From the NCBI RefSeq assembly GCF_009914755.1, contig NC_060929.1: a stretch of DNA of 64,000 nucleotides. One strand, 5' to 3'. Of the stretch, positions 50,740 to 63,150 are shown one piece after another. The translations under genes and the position numbers were made by a program. The notes under the pieces were generated by a model. It saw only the letters and a program-made list of their open reading frames with translations. It searched no databases and was not told the DNA's origin. Each line of letters starts with the position of its first letter. The stretch's first letter is position 1. This stretch comes from the human T2T-CHM13v2.0 reference genome, Homo sapiens.

Positions 50740-52430
50740 TTTAAAAACATCATTGAAGTATACTTTATATATAAAAATAAATCATTTGAAATGTGCAATT
50801 AAGTGATTTCTAAGACTTTTGGTGGGTTGTGCAATCATGGTCATAATACTTGCAGTGCTCCAGTGAGATCCATCATGCCCATTCACACTCTGTTCCCAAC
50901 CCCGTTTCATATAAATAAAATCCTACAATATACCTGGCTTCTTTCACTTAGCATAATGTTTTGGAAATTTATCCATGTTGTAGCATGTATCATTATGCAT
51001 TACTTTTTATTGCTGAATAGTATTCCATTGTATGGGTATGTCATATTTCATTTATCTATTCATCTGTTGATGGACATTCAAATCGTTTCTGTTTTTGGCT
51101 GTTATGAATAATGCTGCTGTGAACATTCACGTGAAGGCCTTGTGTTATCATAGGTTTCCATTTCTCTTGGGCAGATACCTAGAAGTGGAATTGCTGGATC
51201 ATGTGGTGTATTTCTGTTTCATTCTTTAAGAACTGTCCAAAATGTTTTTCAGTGTGGATACAAGTCCCTTAACAAATGTATGATTTGCAAAATTTTCTCA
51301 CTTTCTGTGGGTTATCTTTTCCTTTCCTTGGGAATGTACCTTGAAGCATAAAATCTTATAATGTTGATGAAGTCCTTCTCATCTAATGTTTTTCTCGTTT
51401 TGCTTGTGTTTTTAGTGCGATATCTAAGGAAATATTGCCGAGCTCAAGGTCATGGAGATTGTATACCTGTGTTTTCTTCTAAGAGTTTTATAGTTCCATA
51501 TTCAGGCCTTATAGTTCATTTTGAATTAATTTTTATATGTTGTTTGCAGCAGAAGTCCAACTCAATTTTTTTGCGTGTTTTATTTGTTCAGATTCTTTGT
51601 GGCCTCTTTGTGTAACTTTCCTTCCCTCTGGGTAGAGAGTAGGACACCTGCTTTAGAAAGGTCTTATCAGCTACTTTCAGGGGTGACCCAGACAGTAATT
51701 TTTGTAGGTTTTATCACTTGATTTGGGGGAGAAAGAGGAATGGGAGGCAGGAAAGTGGAAGAAGGTGAGATCTTCTTGCTTTTGAGGCTCTCCTATCTCC
51801 TTCAGTTAAAAAGTACTCGCAAGCCAAGGCACCATACTTTGGGGTATTGCGTTCTGAGCCCTAACAAATCTGCAGATCAATTTTGGAAATACTGCCATTT
51901 TAACAATATCAGACCTTCCAAACCATAAACATGGATATCTTTCCATTTAGTTTGTTCTCAAATTTATTTCAATAATAGTTTATAGTTCACAGTGTACAAA
52001 TCTTGCACTTCTTTGGTTCAATTTATCTATAAGCATTTTATTCTTTTTGATACTATGTAAGCAGAGTTATTTTATTAATTTTATTTTTGGATTGCTCATT
52101 GCTAGTGTATGGAAATTTAACTGACTTTTGTGTATTGATCTTGTGTCATGCAACCTTACTGAACTCATTTATTAACTCTAATAGCTTTTTAGTCGACTTT
52201 TTAGGATTTTTCTATGCTCAAGACCATGTCACATGCAAATAGAGGTAGTTTTACATCTTTCTTTCCATTATGCATGACTTTTATTTCTTTTTTTTTTGTC
52301 TAATTTCTACGGTTCACACCCCCAGTGTAATGGTGAATAAAAACTGTGAGAGCAGACATTCTTGTCTTGCTTCCAATTTTAAGAGAGAAGCAATCAGCTT
52401 ACACCACTAAGTATAATTTTAGCTGTAGGT
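50740..52430 (-). mobile_element. L1MB-type fragments, interrupted by an ERV1 LTR
   Basis: 'ctggcttctttcacttagcataatgtttt...ttgctgaatagtattccattgtatgg' with ORF2-antisense sequence after 51868. Confidence 0.8.
51580..51867 (-). mobile_element. ERV1-class LTR 5' portion (MER34/MER39/MER31 group)
   Basis: 'ccatactttggggtattgcgttctgagccctaaca' is the reverse of the 'tgttggggctcagaa...accccaaa' LTR start. Confidence 0.65.
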
Positions 52431-52879
52431 CCTTCACCTTTTCTTAGGTTGTATCTTTACCTGAAATATTTTTTCTACCTTTATATTTCTGTTTTTCAAA
52501 ATAGTACCCATTAATCAAGGCCAAATACTCAAGTAGATATCATCCCTCCCACCCTAGAATCTCTCTTAACAATTTGCTTATATAATCGCACAGAGCACTA
52601 AGTATATTCCGCCTTTTGCTATAGTCATGTGTGGTTATTCTGGTAAGCCATCTCCTATGTATCTAGCAAAGTCTCTTTGAAAGTGGACTGTGTTTGCTTA
52701 TTTTTACATTCCTAGTACCAAGACAAAGAGTTACAAATAGGAGCTTATGTCTTTTGAGTGAATGGATAAAACTAATTTATAATGAGATGTTGGTGCTTCA
52801 CAGAAGCCTAATGTGTTGTTTTTCTGGGATATTTAAATTTGAAAGGAAGATCAACTTAAAATGAATTGGTCTTTAAATT

Positions 52880-53935
52880 ATAAAAGTATCATTAGAAAAC
52901 ACAACCCAATTTTTAAAATAAGCAAAAGATTTGAAAGACACTTCACCAGAAAAGATATATGAATGGAAAATAAACACATAAAAAGATACTCAACGTTAGT
53001 CATTTAGGGAATTGCATTAAAACTATGATGAGATTCACACCTATTAGGATAGCTAAACAAAACAAAAACAAAAAAGAAACCTGCCAATATCAAGTGCTGA
53101 CAAGTATGTAAAACAACTGGAACTCTCATTTATTGCTACTGAAAATGCAAAATGTTACAGTCACTTTGGAAAGTAGATTGGCAGGGTCTCAAAAAATTAA
53201 ACACAAATTTACCATATGATCCAGAAATCCTATTCCCGGGTATTTACATAAATAAAATAAAAACTTATATACAAAAACCCTGTGCAAAAAGGTTTATAGC
53301 AGCTTTAATCGTCATCATCAAAAACTGGAAACAACTCAAATGTCCCTCAATGGTACATAAATTAACAATCGGTGAAACATCCATACAGTGGAATATTACT
53401 CATCGGTAAAAAGGAGTAGACTACTGATACACACAAAAGTATGGTCAAATTTCAAATGCAATCTCAAATAGCAGGCAGCAAGCTTATAATTAGCTTAAAC
53501 TAATGGAATATGTTCTCCAAGAATTCTATGCTAGACTGTTTGAACCAACATGAAAGTTTCCTTAATGGCTCTCCTGCTCTCAACTCCTTCAACACATATC
53601 ATTTGAGCTGTACAATTCAGCATACTCAAATGCATATGCTGAGTGAAAGAAGCTATACCCAATGCATGATTACATTTTACATGGCATTATGGAAAAGAGT
53701 ACATTTATAGGGAACACAGAAGTATCCGTGGCTGCAGGAGTTAGGAGCTGGAGGCTGGTGACATCAAAGGGATAAAATTAGGAACTAGTTTGGGGAGGAA
53801 GGAAGTATTCTGTATCTTGATTGCGGTAGTTTTCTTGCCAAATTCTTACACAATGGCATGCATTTGTTAAAATTCATAGAACTATATGCCACAGAGTGAA
53901 TTTTACTGTAAGCAAACTAAAAAAATTATTAAAAC
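52880..53935 (+). mobile_element. Old L1 (L1MD/ME) 3' ORF2 and UTR
   Basis: ORF 53152-53409 (QSLWK...LPYDPEILFPGIY...FIAALIVIIKNWKQLKCPS) is the L1 ORF2 C-terminus. Confidence 0.85.
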
Positions 53936-54459
53936 AATAATATAACTAAATGCTTTTTTGGACAGAAGTAGATGTAGAGCCTGAATTTCAGCTTCATAGA
54001 TTACAGGACAGGTGACCTGAGGTACATGTGGCTCTCTGACCTCTTGCCAAGGAGTTGCAGTGAATGGTGTGCTGTCAGCAGCGAGTGCTAGTGAGTAGTG
54101 ACTTAACTTTTTAGGACATCAAGGAGAGCTTAGAAGTGCCAGGAAGAAAAGTGGCCAATAAAACAAAAAAACCTTTCAAACTAGAAGTGAGGTCATGGGG
54201 TAGCTACTTCAATTGTGTGTTGTTTGAGGAGAAGGCGGCCAACAATAGCTTGCTTCTTGTGAAGAATATGTGGAAGGAAAAAAAAATTACATAAAGGATA
54301 GGATCAAACGGTTCCTTCCTGAATGATTATCGTCAGCAGCATTATAGATTCCAAAGAGAAGACACCCAGTGGTCCTCATTGAGAATCCAGTGCAAACCTC
54401 TTTGTAGAATGCTTGCTCTACAAAAGAAGCTTTCCAGTGATTTAGATGAGGGTGTAAGG

Positions 54460-54670
54460 GAGGCAGAAAGACATAGATGAATCCCAGCTCTGTCATTTAC
54501 AAACTCAGAGCCCTTGCAGAAATCACTGTGCCTTTCTGATCTTCAGTTTCTACATCTATAAAGCAGGGTTAACAAGCACCTATCTTTCAGTGTTGAGAGA
54601 ATTAAATGAGATACTGCACACATAGCACTAGGCTCAATACCTGGAAGATAGAAAACCCTTACTAACTTGT
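54460..54670 (+). mobile_element. MIR SINE
   Basis: 'gaatcccagctctgtcatttac...cttcagtttctacatctataaa...attaaatgagata'. Confidence 0.85.
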
Positions 54671-55348
54671 AGTGAACATTACATTGCTGCCAGTTTTCAC
54701 GAGCATGCATATGTTTATTTTTCTCAAGTTCATTCTTGAATTTAATTTTTTTTTCTTGTCAGTACCTCGTCAGTAGGAGACCATCATGTCTAAGAAGCAT
54801 CATCTTGCTGCCTAGAGTATATAGAGTGAAATTGAAGAGAAATTTCTTATTCTCAGAAGCACAGAATCTTTTATACTCAATACAGAGAACCTTCAAAAGC
54901 AAGAGCTGTGACTTCCTCACTCCAGAACTGGTTAACCTGTTGGGATATTTGGTAGATGAATTCTGCACCACGCGCTCTTCTTTACTATGCACTAGACCAG
55001 GAGACAGCAGATGCTCTCCATGCTCTCCTTCCAACACAGAAAACCAATCTCCCAGCACCAGGGGAGACCATAAAAAAGGAAAAAAAAATGCAAATGCCCA
55101 ACATTGATTAGTTTTGCCAGCTGCTCTTCCTCCAGAATCAACGGACTGGCTACTTTAGCTGTAAAGTCTGTTGGACAGACTCAGGATTTTTTTTTTAAAG
55201 AAATGGTATTAAAAAACAAATAATGCTTTCCAGTCCAAACATCAAAAAAGTAGACAAATGGAGGGGGTATTTAATAAAGAAAGAAGGAAAATAACATGCA
55301 GCTTTTGGACTGTTTGACTTTGGGGAAGGCCTGTTTCTTTTAAATATG

Positions 55349-55960
55349 CAGTTGGAAACTCAAATGCACTCAGAGGCCAGACTAGTCCTGTAAATGAAAG
55401 AAGCATCATCTGAGTATAAGGCAATAGGGAGTGGTGGTGAGTGTGGACCTAGTTTTCTTCCTCCCACTATTTCGAGTTTATTTGAATACAAAAAATATTT
55501 CACTTTTTTTCTAGACTCTGCTGTGGAGGAGAAAATACAGAATGTGTTATGAAAACTGATAACTGTTACAACTTCAAAGACATGGAGCAACCTTGGTCGC
55601 CATTTTGGTTGTGTGGTGGACTCAGGAAGCCCATTCACATCTGAGTTGAGCAGCTCTTATGCACCTCCAGCAACTACTATTGTGCAAGAATGTGAGCCCA
55701 CACTCACCACTACTCCCCATTGTCTTATCCTCAAATACTTCCTCTCTCATTATTTACATGACTAGTCTGACCTCTAAACGCTAAGTATTTAGTTATTCAA
55801 GAGACACCCTACATATTGATTTTGATGTGATTTCTAAACTACATCAACACGTGGATGATTTTAATGCTGATGATTCATTCCACTTTGAAAAACAATGGTG
55901 TGGGCCAAATACAACATGTTTATATGTTAGTTTCTGCCAGTGACTATCAGTGTGGACCTC
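55349..55960. mobile_element. MER102/Charlie-related hAT remnants containing an inverted repeat
   Basis: 'cagttggaaactcaaatgc...aaggcaatagggagtggtgg' resembles the MER102 terminal region, and 'gtgggccaaatacaacatg' resembles the other end. Confidence 0.5.
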
Positions 55961-56279
55961 TTCTTTGTACCTCAGTTCGATAATTGTTGTATAGTAATGC
56001 TTTTTGACAGATGGCAATCCATGATAGAAACAACATAAATTTTGTTAGAAATAATTTCTTATTAATTTCTAAAAGGATTATGAATTAACACTGTGTTGTG
56101 AAGTATGGAGTCATTTATTAAAGAATTATTCTAAAAGCAAAGGATGGGAAATAGACCAAATGGCCTTTAATAGCAGATGGTTACATAAAGTATATTACCT
56201 CTGATCAATATTATGTAACTATTAAAATATGAAGCAAAAATATGAGGCAGTTGTACAGTGCTAACATGAAACCATGCTA

Positions 56280-56435
56280 TGATACATATGTGTGTGTGTA
56301 TGTGTGTGTGTTTTATATATACATATTTTTCCATACTGTGAAAAAATCAAAGTGCAGAAAATTGTGCATAGCATGCTACTATTGCATTATATATGTTTGT
56401 GTGTGTGTATATATATATGTATATATATATATGTA
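56280..56435. repeat. (TG)n/(TA)n low-complexity tracts within an L1ME remnant
   Basis: Directly visible. Confidence 0.75.
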
Positions 56436-57329
56436 ATTTAACAACAAGTAATATTACAAAAATTCCACTAATTCACAGGACACAAGCAGCCTCTTTCATA
56501 AAGGTTGTAGCATAGTGGGAATAGGTTGTCATAACAATAGAGATGATGGACATTTTTTCAGGGAATCTCGTGGCTAGAACATGCTTCATCCTCTTTCCAT
56601 CACCTGCTTCTAAGAGACAATGACATTGGTTTTAATGGGTGGTCACAGACTCCAGTATGAAATGTAAAGTGGTCACAGAAAGTATTAATTTTAACAAACA
56701 TAACAGGATCCTAATCACAAAGGCACAAGTGAATATTGTGGTAGTTCACATACATAGGATTTACTAGCAGTGGCTTTCCTACCAGACTCTCCATCCCTTT
56801 TTATCTATGCCCTCTTCTTTAAAATGTGCTCATCTCCCCAGAGGTGTTTCTGGCCTACCTGTTGTTTAGCCACTTCCCCATTTTGGTCCTGAGTTTGGCT
56901 CATTTTTGAGCATGACTTGTGTAAGCTCTTGACTAAGCTGACTGATTTAGTGTTTTCTAACAGATGCTTGAATTTGCCAGAGGTTGTCTGGGCCCTGCTG
57001 GGAATATGCACCTCTTGCAAGGAAGAGAATGAGATAATGAATGACCTCTCTTCATTTTCTTTCCCTCAACCTTAATTTATAGCTAGATATGTATGTAGAT
57101 ATAAATATGACTAAAGACTATATATTATATCTATATGAATGTGACAGAAACTGATAACAATGATTGTCTCTGGGAATATATGTTCTTTTTATGCCCAATA
57201 AGCTGAATATCAGATTGACAAACTGCATTTCTGGTATCACAGATGTGTACATGAAATGAGAGAAGAAGGAGAAATTACCTAGTTTGTGACATTTAAGTCT
57301 CTGTCTTAAACAGAAGTAAAATTTCTAAT

Positions 57330-58850
57330 CAGTATGGGAAAGTTAGATAATCTAATAAGTGATACTGAGACATCTGGCTAACCATCTAAAAATTTATATC
57401 CCTACCTTACTCCTTCTACCAAAATAAATTTGTGAGTGATAGTCTATAAAACAGTCCCTATGAGTGACAGTCTATAAAGCAGTCTCTATGATTCCCACCT
57501 CCTGGTATTCATACCTTTGTGTAATCCTTTTGAGTGTGGGCAGGACCAGATACTTATTTCTAACCACTAGAATGTGGCAAAGATTATAGGTTGTAAGTGA
57601 TCACATGTATGTGATTACATAAAAGTGTAATGCCTATTTTTCTAGAGTCTCACCTTTCTCTCTCTTTTTTCCTTCCTCCTTTCTTCCTTCTCTCCTTTAT
57701 TGGTTTTGATAAGGCAAGATGCCATAAATCTTACAGCATCAGAAAATGAATTCAGACAACAAAGTGAGGGAGCTTGGAAGTGGATCCTTCCCCAGTTGAG
57801 CCTCTGATGAGAACACAGTCCTGGCCATCACCTTGGTCACAGCCTATGAAACCCTAAGAAGAGGCCCTAGTTAAGCTATGGCCAGAGTCTTGATCAACAG
57901 AAACTGTGAGATAATATATGTATGTCAGTTTAAGCTGCTAAGTTTTTGATAACTTGTTATGCAGTAATAGAAAAGTAATGCAAAGCTCCACATGGATTAA
58001 TGAATTAAATGTAAAAAAAATTAGCAGAAACCATACAAATCACTAAAAGGAAAAGTGATGAAATGCTTTTGTGATCTTGACATACAAAAGAGCTTTCTAA
58101 AGAAGAAACAAAACCCAAATGCCATAAAAAAGACTGACAGATTTGACTATCTAAAATTTTTGAAGTTCTGCATGGAAAAAAATACTATAATCAATACTAA
58201 ATTAGAAAAACATTCGTACCAGATATGGCAGATAAAGGACTAATTGTCTTAATTTTTCAGAGTGCTGGCAAATCAGAAAACAAAATTAGCAACCCAAAAG
58301 AAAAACGAGCCAATAATATGAACTAGTCCAAATAAAAGAAGTATTAACAGTATTAACATACAAAAGGATGCTCAGCTTTCCTCACAAAAAAGGTAGAAAT
58401 TCTCAAAAATGAGATTTTGTTTTTCACTTAGCAGATTTGCAAAGTTATAAAAAACTTGATAATACTGGAAAGACAGCCACTCATATACTATTGTTTGGAA
58501 TTTAAATTGGTGCAATTTTTTTGGCAATAGAAACCCAAATTTCCAGCATACCTACAATTGCCAGTCTTCTTGTGGGAATCCATCCTACAGTTATGCCCAT
58601 CTATGTATACAGTGAATTTTGAATAACAAAAACTAAGAAATAATCAAAATGCTAATTGGTAGAAAATCTGTTTAGTAAACTCAGGGATGGCTTACCATGA
58701 AAGATATGCAACTGTGAAAAAGAATGCCTTCTGCCCATTTGACTTCTGCCCAAGTCACAAAAAGGAATGATTTACCAGCTCTATTACATCTTAAAAAAAT
58801 CAACATTCACATAGCATATACAGCTTTGCTTTAATTTTTTCAAAAGGATA
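57330..58850 (+). mobile_element. L1ME-type 3' ORF2 remnant, split by an MLT1 LTR
   Basis: 'ccctaccttactccttctaccaaaataaatt|...catggattaa' and 'gacagatttgactatctaaaattt'. Confidence 0.65.
57431..57982 (+). mobile_element. MaLR solo LTR (MLT1E-like)
   Basis: 'gattcccacctcctggtattcatacctttgtgtaatcc' through 'taagctgctaagtt...ttgttatgcagtaatagaaaagtaatgca'. Confidence 0.85.
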
Positions 58851-58866
58851 TATTGGAATAAGAAAA

Positions 58867-58892
58867 GTGTGTGTGTGTGTGTGTGTGTGTGT
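58867..58892. repeat. (GT)13 microsatellite
   Basis: Directly visible. Confidence 0.95.
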
Positions 58893-59749
58893 ATAACATT
58901 GGAAGAGAGAAGTGTGTCTGATTTTGACCTCAGCCTAGGACCATGTCAGTATGGAGAGACAGAGAGAGACATGCATATCCTTATAAGCACATGTTCTAAG
59001 AAGTAATGACTGAGATGAAGGATTCAGTAGCTTTTGTGGTCAGGAGCAGAGAGGTCTGGGAACAGGAGATTAGGGAGTTGAGGAGGATTAATCGGATCCT
59101 GGAGATGGGGCAGTCAGAGAATCAGTGTGTCCTGCTGGGTCTTGGCTCTAACAAAGCCAAAAATTCCCGAGCGCTCCTGATTCTGGAGCAGAAGCTCTTT
59201 GTTTTCTGTGAAATAAACAGTAAACACTGTGCTCAGCACTGGGGTAGGGAAATGAAGAAGCATAAAAAGAGTAAGAATTAGTCTTTATAGTCTAGTGGAA
59301 AAAAGCATTAAATTCAAATAAATATTAAATATCAGAATATAGTATAATAATATTTATGTATCCATCAAATTAAAATATCCTGTGATGATCTCCTGGAGTC
59401 TAAATCTGTCATCAGGCCTGTGGAGTAAATCTCACTGATATTCTTTCATTGGCTCCTCATAGCTACCTTTTAAGGAAGTCTCATTACTCCTGTTTTACAG
59501 ATGGGATTCAGAGAGGTGAAATACTATTTTTTAAAGACCTTAGAAAGTGGTCTCAGGATCTGGGTTTGTGTGAGGGAGAGGCGTGGGTGCAGAAGAGTAG
59601 AGAAAAATTTGAATTTAGCTATGGAGCCTGGATCTTAGATACCACAACCATTCCAAAAGGGGATTCATCATCTTACCTTAAACATGCTCATTTCCTCATT
59701 TCCTGTATGCTCCACCTCAACAAACTTTTTTTTTGTTTTTTTTTTTGGT

Positions 59750-60840
59750 ACCTTCTATGAGCCGAGACCATGGTTCTAAAGGATGAGGATGTGGCGGTGA
59801 ACGAGATAGACATATTTGTCTTCGCTCATGGAACATTTTAGAAGGGAAGACAGAGAATAAGAGAGTAACAAATACACAAGCAATGCAATTTAAGGTTGGA
59901 TAAGTGTTTTTTTGTTAGTTTGTTTTTTGTTTTTTGAGATGGAGTCTCACTCTGTCACCCAGGCTGGAGTGCAGTGTCGCAATCTCGGCTTACTGCAACT
60001 TCCGCCTCCTGGGTTTAAGCGATTCTCCTGCCTCAGACTCCTGAGTAGCTTGGATTCAGGCGCCCACCACCACGTCGGCTAATTTTTGCATTTTTGGTAG
60101 AGAGGGGGTTTCACCATGTTGGCCAGGCTGGTCTTGAACTTCTGACCTCAAGTGATCCACTCACCTCAGCCTCCCAAAGTAAAGCAGAATAAGAGACAGA
60201 AATGGATGGTGGGGCTTGGGGTAGTGGTTGGGTATTTTAGTAAGCCTGGACAAAGCCACTCTGAAAGGGAGACGTTTGAACACAGATCTGAATAAACTGA
60301 GAGTGAATCATGGGATGATGTGAGACAGAGGAGTACTAAGCAGAGGATGATCAGGGCAAAGGCAGTGAGATGTGAGTTGGGCCTGAGTGCCCGTTATTGA
60401 AGGAGCGGCAGGTGCTTCCACATGGCCAGGGCGGGGTGGGTGAGCCCGGGTTCAGGGAATGGAGGCCAAAGGGGTGGGCAGAGGCCTGATTACATAAAGC
60501 ACTGTGGAGCACAAGGAGATAGATGCTGAGATTTTAGCCCTCAGGAAGCCCTTGGGAAGTTTTCAGCAGAAAAGAGATGCTTTCTGATTTATGTTTAGAA
60601 AAGAAGACTTTGTCTGCAGGGGAGAACAGGGATACGCCAGAGTGGCAGTAGGGAGCTCTTAGGAGATGGCTTTGGGAGGTATGGGGGCAGTGAGGTGAAG
60701 ACCAGTGGCTGTGTACTAGGGGAAGAATGTATAGGATTTTCTAATGGATTGGCTATGCAGAGAAAGGAGGGAGGTGGATAAGTACGAGGTTGACTCAGGT
60801 TTTTGGCACAAGCAGGTGGGTGGTGCCAGTCGTAGAGGTG
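59750..60840 (-). mobile_element. L2 fragment with an Alu inserted
   Basis: 'cagatctgaataaactgagagtgaatcatg', 'ggaagcccttgggaagttttcagcag' and 'aggattttctaatggattggctatg' are reverse L2 body. Confidence 0.8.
59907..60180 (-). mobile_element. AluS lacking ~40 bp of 5' end, no TSD visible
   Basis: Stops at 'ctcccaaagt' and returns directly to L2 'aaagcagaataagag'. Confidence 0.93.
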
Positions 60841-60849
60841 GAGAAAACT

Positions 60850-61300
60850 AAACCATAATACCTCTCTGCTTAAGCCCTTGCTGGTCTCACACCACCTGCA
60901 GACTCCTCTAATTGGCTTACAAGCTCCCACCTGTCCACCGTGACTGAGTCCTGCCTTCCTTTCAGACTCTTCTCCAGCCCCTCGGTTCTCTTCCCTGTGT
61001 CTCCAGCTACACCCGTTTCCCCACACACCATGCTGCTTCTTACCTCTGTGCCTGTGCATGCTTCTCAGCCCCCTCATCCTGCATGCCTCAGCTCAGATGC
61101 TACTTCCTCCAGGAAACAGTTTCTGATTTTCCAAGTTCAAATAAGCCTTCTCCTCCAATTATGCTTCTCTGATGGGCTGGGTTCTCCTTGAGGGCAGGTA
61201 CCGTATGTCACTCAATTTTGCATCCCCTGGGCCTAGCACAGTGCCTGGCACATAATAGGCAGTGCAAATAGTGTTTGATAAGTGAATGAACAAATGCATG
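60850..61300 (+). mobile_element. L2 3' end
   Basis: 'gcctagcacagtgcctggcacataataggcagtgcaaata...gtgaatgaacaaatg'. Confidence 0.88.
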
Positions 61301-62149
61301 CTGGTATGTGCACAGTACTGGGTAGTTTCTGGGGTTAAATATTAAATCTGAGTATGTTTTTCAAAAGTATTTAGATGTGCAAAAGGTGAAAGGAAGAGTT
61401 AACTAGACACTGTAAGGTGTGCATGTGGTGCTTCTGAATCCTGATCTTTTGCATGCTGAGACCACATCTGGAACCACCAGGGACACTAAATTGCCTCTGT
61501 AAAGGCTTTGCTGGAACTAGTGTGAGGGATGCAGGGACGAGGATCTTAGGTATACAAATGAGAGGAGTAAGTGCAGGCAAAGGGTGGATCTGCCCTCCTT
61601 TTTGTGTTTCCTTGATAATGTTCAGCCCCAAGGGTCATTCCTCAGTCATCTCCTGGTCTCCCTGTCCCTTTAATTCCGCTTATAGTCCAGACCATGCTCC
61701 AAGGTACGTGATTAATGCCCCTTCCACCAACCCCTCTCTGTCGCCTTTAAATGCGGCCACACTACCACTCACCTAACCCTGACAGAAAAAAATACAGTCC
61801 TGTCACAGTCTTGTGGCAAGCTAGATCTTCCAGCATTAAATCACCATTAAGGGCCTCTGTGAGTTTGATAGCAGCTTTAGCTGTTGGTTGTTTTTTTTCT
61901 CTCCCTTTTTATCCCATTTCAAACTCAGCTAAAGCTTTTCTGCTATCAGCAGTGGGGCTGCTGCAAAGACAAACCATCCACACCCTCTCCTCCACAGGCA
62001 CACCCACACTCCATAATTAATCTGAGTGGAGAAGTGTGGAGGACTTCCAGGCAAAGCCTTTTCCAGGCAGAGATGCCCTGGGTAGTTGAATATTGGCAGG
62101 GGTAGAGAGGGTGATGTGCCTGATCATTAACCCAGTCAGCATCTGCATA

Positions 62150-62320
62150 GCCATTTGTGAAATGCTTTCACATCAGGTAACTCATTGGATGCTAACAGGA
62201 ATCTTGTTAAAATAAATATTTATTATGCCCATTTTAAAGATAAAGAAACCAAGGTCCAGAGGCCTGGACTACTTAAGAGAGACCCCAGGTTGGAACACAG
62301 GGCCTCTGACTAGGAGACTG
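62150..62320 (-). mobile_element. MIR fragment
   Basis: 'tattatgcccattttaaagataaagaaaccaagg'. Confidence 0.65.
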
Positions 62321-62384
62321 GAGATCCTGAGGAACTTTTCATATTGAGAGGGGTTTTTTTCTTTCTCGAGTCTTCTGCACATGT

Positions 62385-63150
62385 GGCAGGTTCTGAAGTT
62401 AGACACACTTGGTTCAAACCTTAGCTCTGCCATTTACTAGGTAGGTGACCCTGAGGAAGTTACTTATTTATCCCTTTACCGGTTTTCTAGTGCCACAATA
62501 ATATTGCTTAACAAACAACTTCAGCACCTCAGTGGCATACAGCAATAAACATTTATTTTTGCTCAAGAGTCTAGGGGTTGGCTGGGTGGTTCTGCTGAAC
62601 CTGGCTGGGCTCCCTTATACTTCTGTGGTCAGCTGGTGAGTCAGCTGGGGGCTGGCTGGTTGAAGATGATCCCAGCTAGTATGACTCATCTCTGCTCCGT
62701 GAGCCTCCACAATATAGCAGGCTTGCCCAGGCTTTTTACATGCAGTAGCAAAGTTTTAAGAGAGGCAAGAGAAGCATGCAAGCCCTCTCAAGATATAGAC
62801 TCAGAACTAGCACTGTTCTCAGAGCTCAGAACTGTTGCTTCTATGAAACTGTTTTGTCCAAAGCAATTATGAAACCAGCCTTGATCCAAGAAATGGGAAA
62901 ATAGGCTCAATCCCTTGATAAGAGGAGCCACAAAGTCACCAAAGAATGTGCCTATGGGGGCTTTTAAATGGGACCATCACTATAACTGATCTCCTAAAAG
63001 CCCTGAGCTCTTTTGTTAGCTTGATTTTTAGAAATAGGCGTTAAAATACTACCAGTCATATGGGGACATTGTAGGAATAAAATGAGCAATATATATAAAG
63101 TGCTTAGCTTAGTGCCTGGTGCATAGCACATATAACAGTACTCAGGGTGG
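62385..63150 (+). mobile_element. MIR split by an MLT1 LTR (62385-62470 and ~63020-63150)
   Basis: 'ggttcaaaccttagctctgccatttactagg...gtgacc...aagttactt' on the left and 'aaatgagcaatatatataaagtgcttagcttagtgcctgg' on the right. Confidence 0.75.
62475..62990 (-). mobile_element. MaLR LTR (MLT1H/I-like)
   Basis: 'aacaaacaacttcagcacctcagtggcatacagcaataaacatttatt...tggctgggtggttctgctg'. Confidence 0.75.

Noticed and set aside
54736-55107. Overlapping +/- ORFs (123 aa and 99 aa) after a polypyrimidine-AG at ~54760
   Set aside because: Non-ATG starts, no recognisable homology and no clear donor. A lncRNA exon cannot be excluded but is unsupported.
56600-56780. Faint resemblance to L3/CR1
   Set aside because: Too diverged to call by eye; needs an HMM search.
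60595-61191. 160-aa and 83-aa ORFs
   Set aside because: They lie entirely within decayed L2 sequence.
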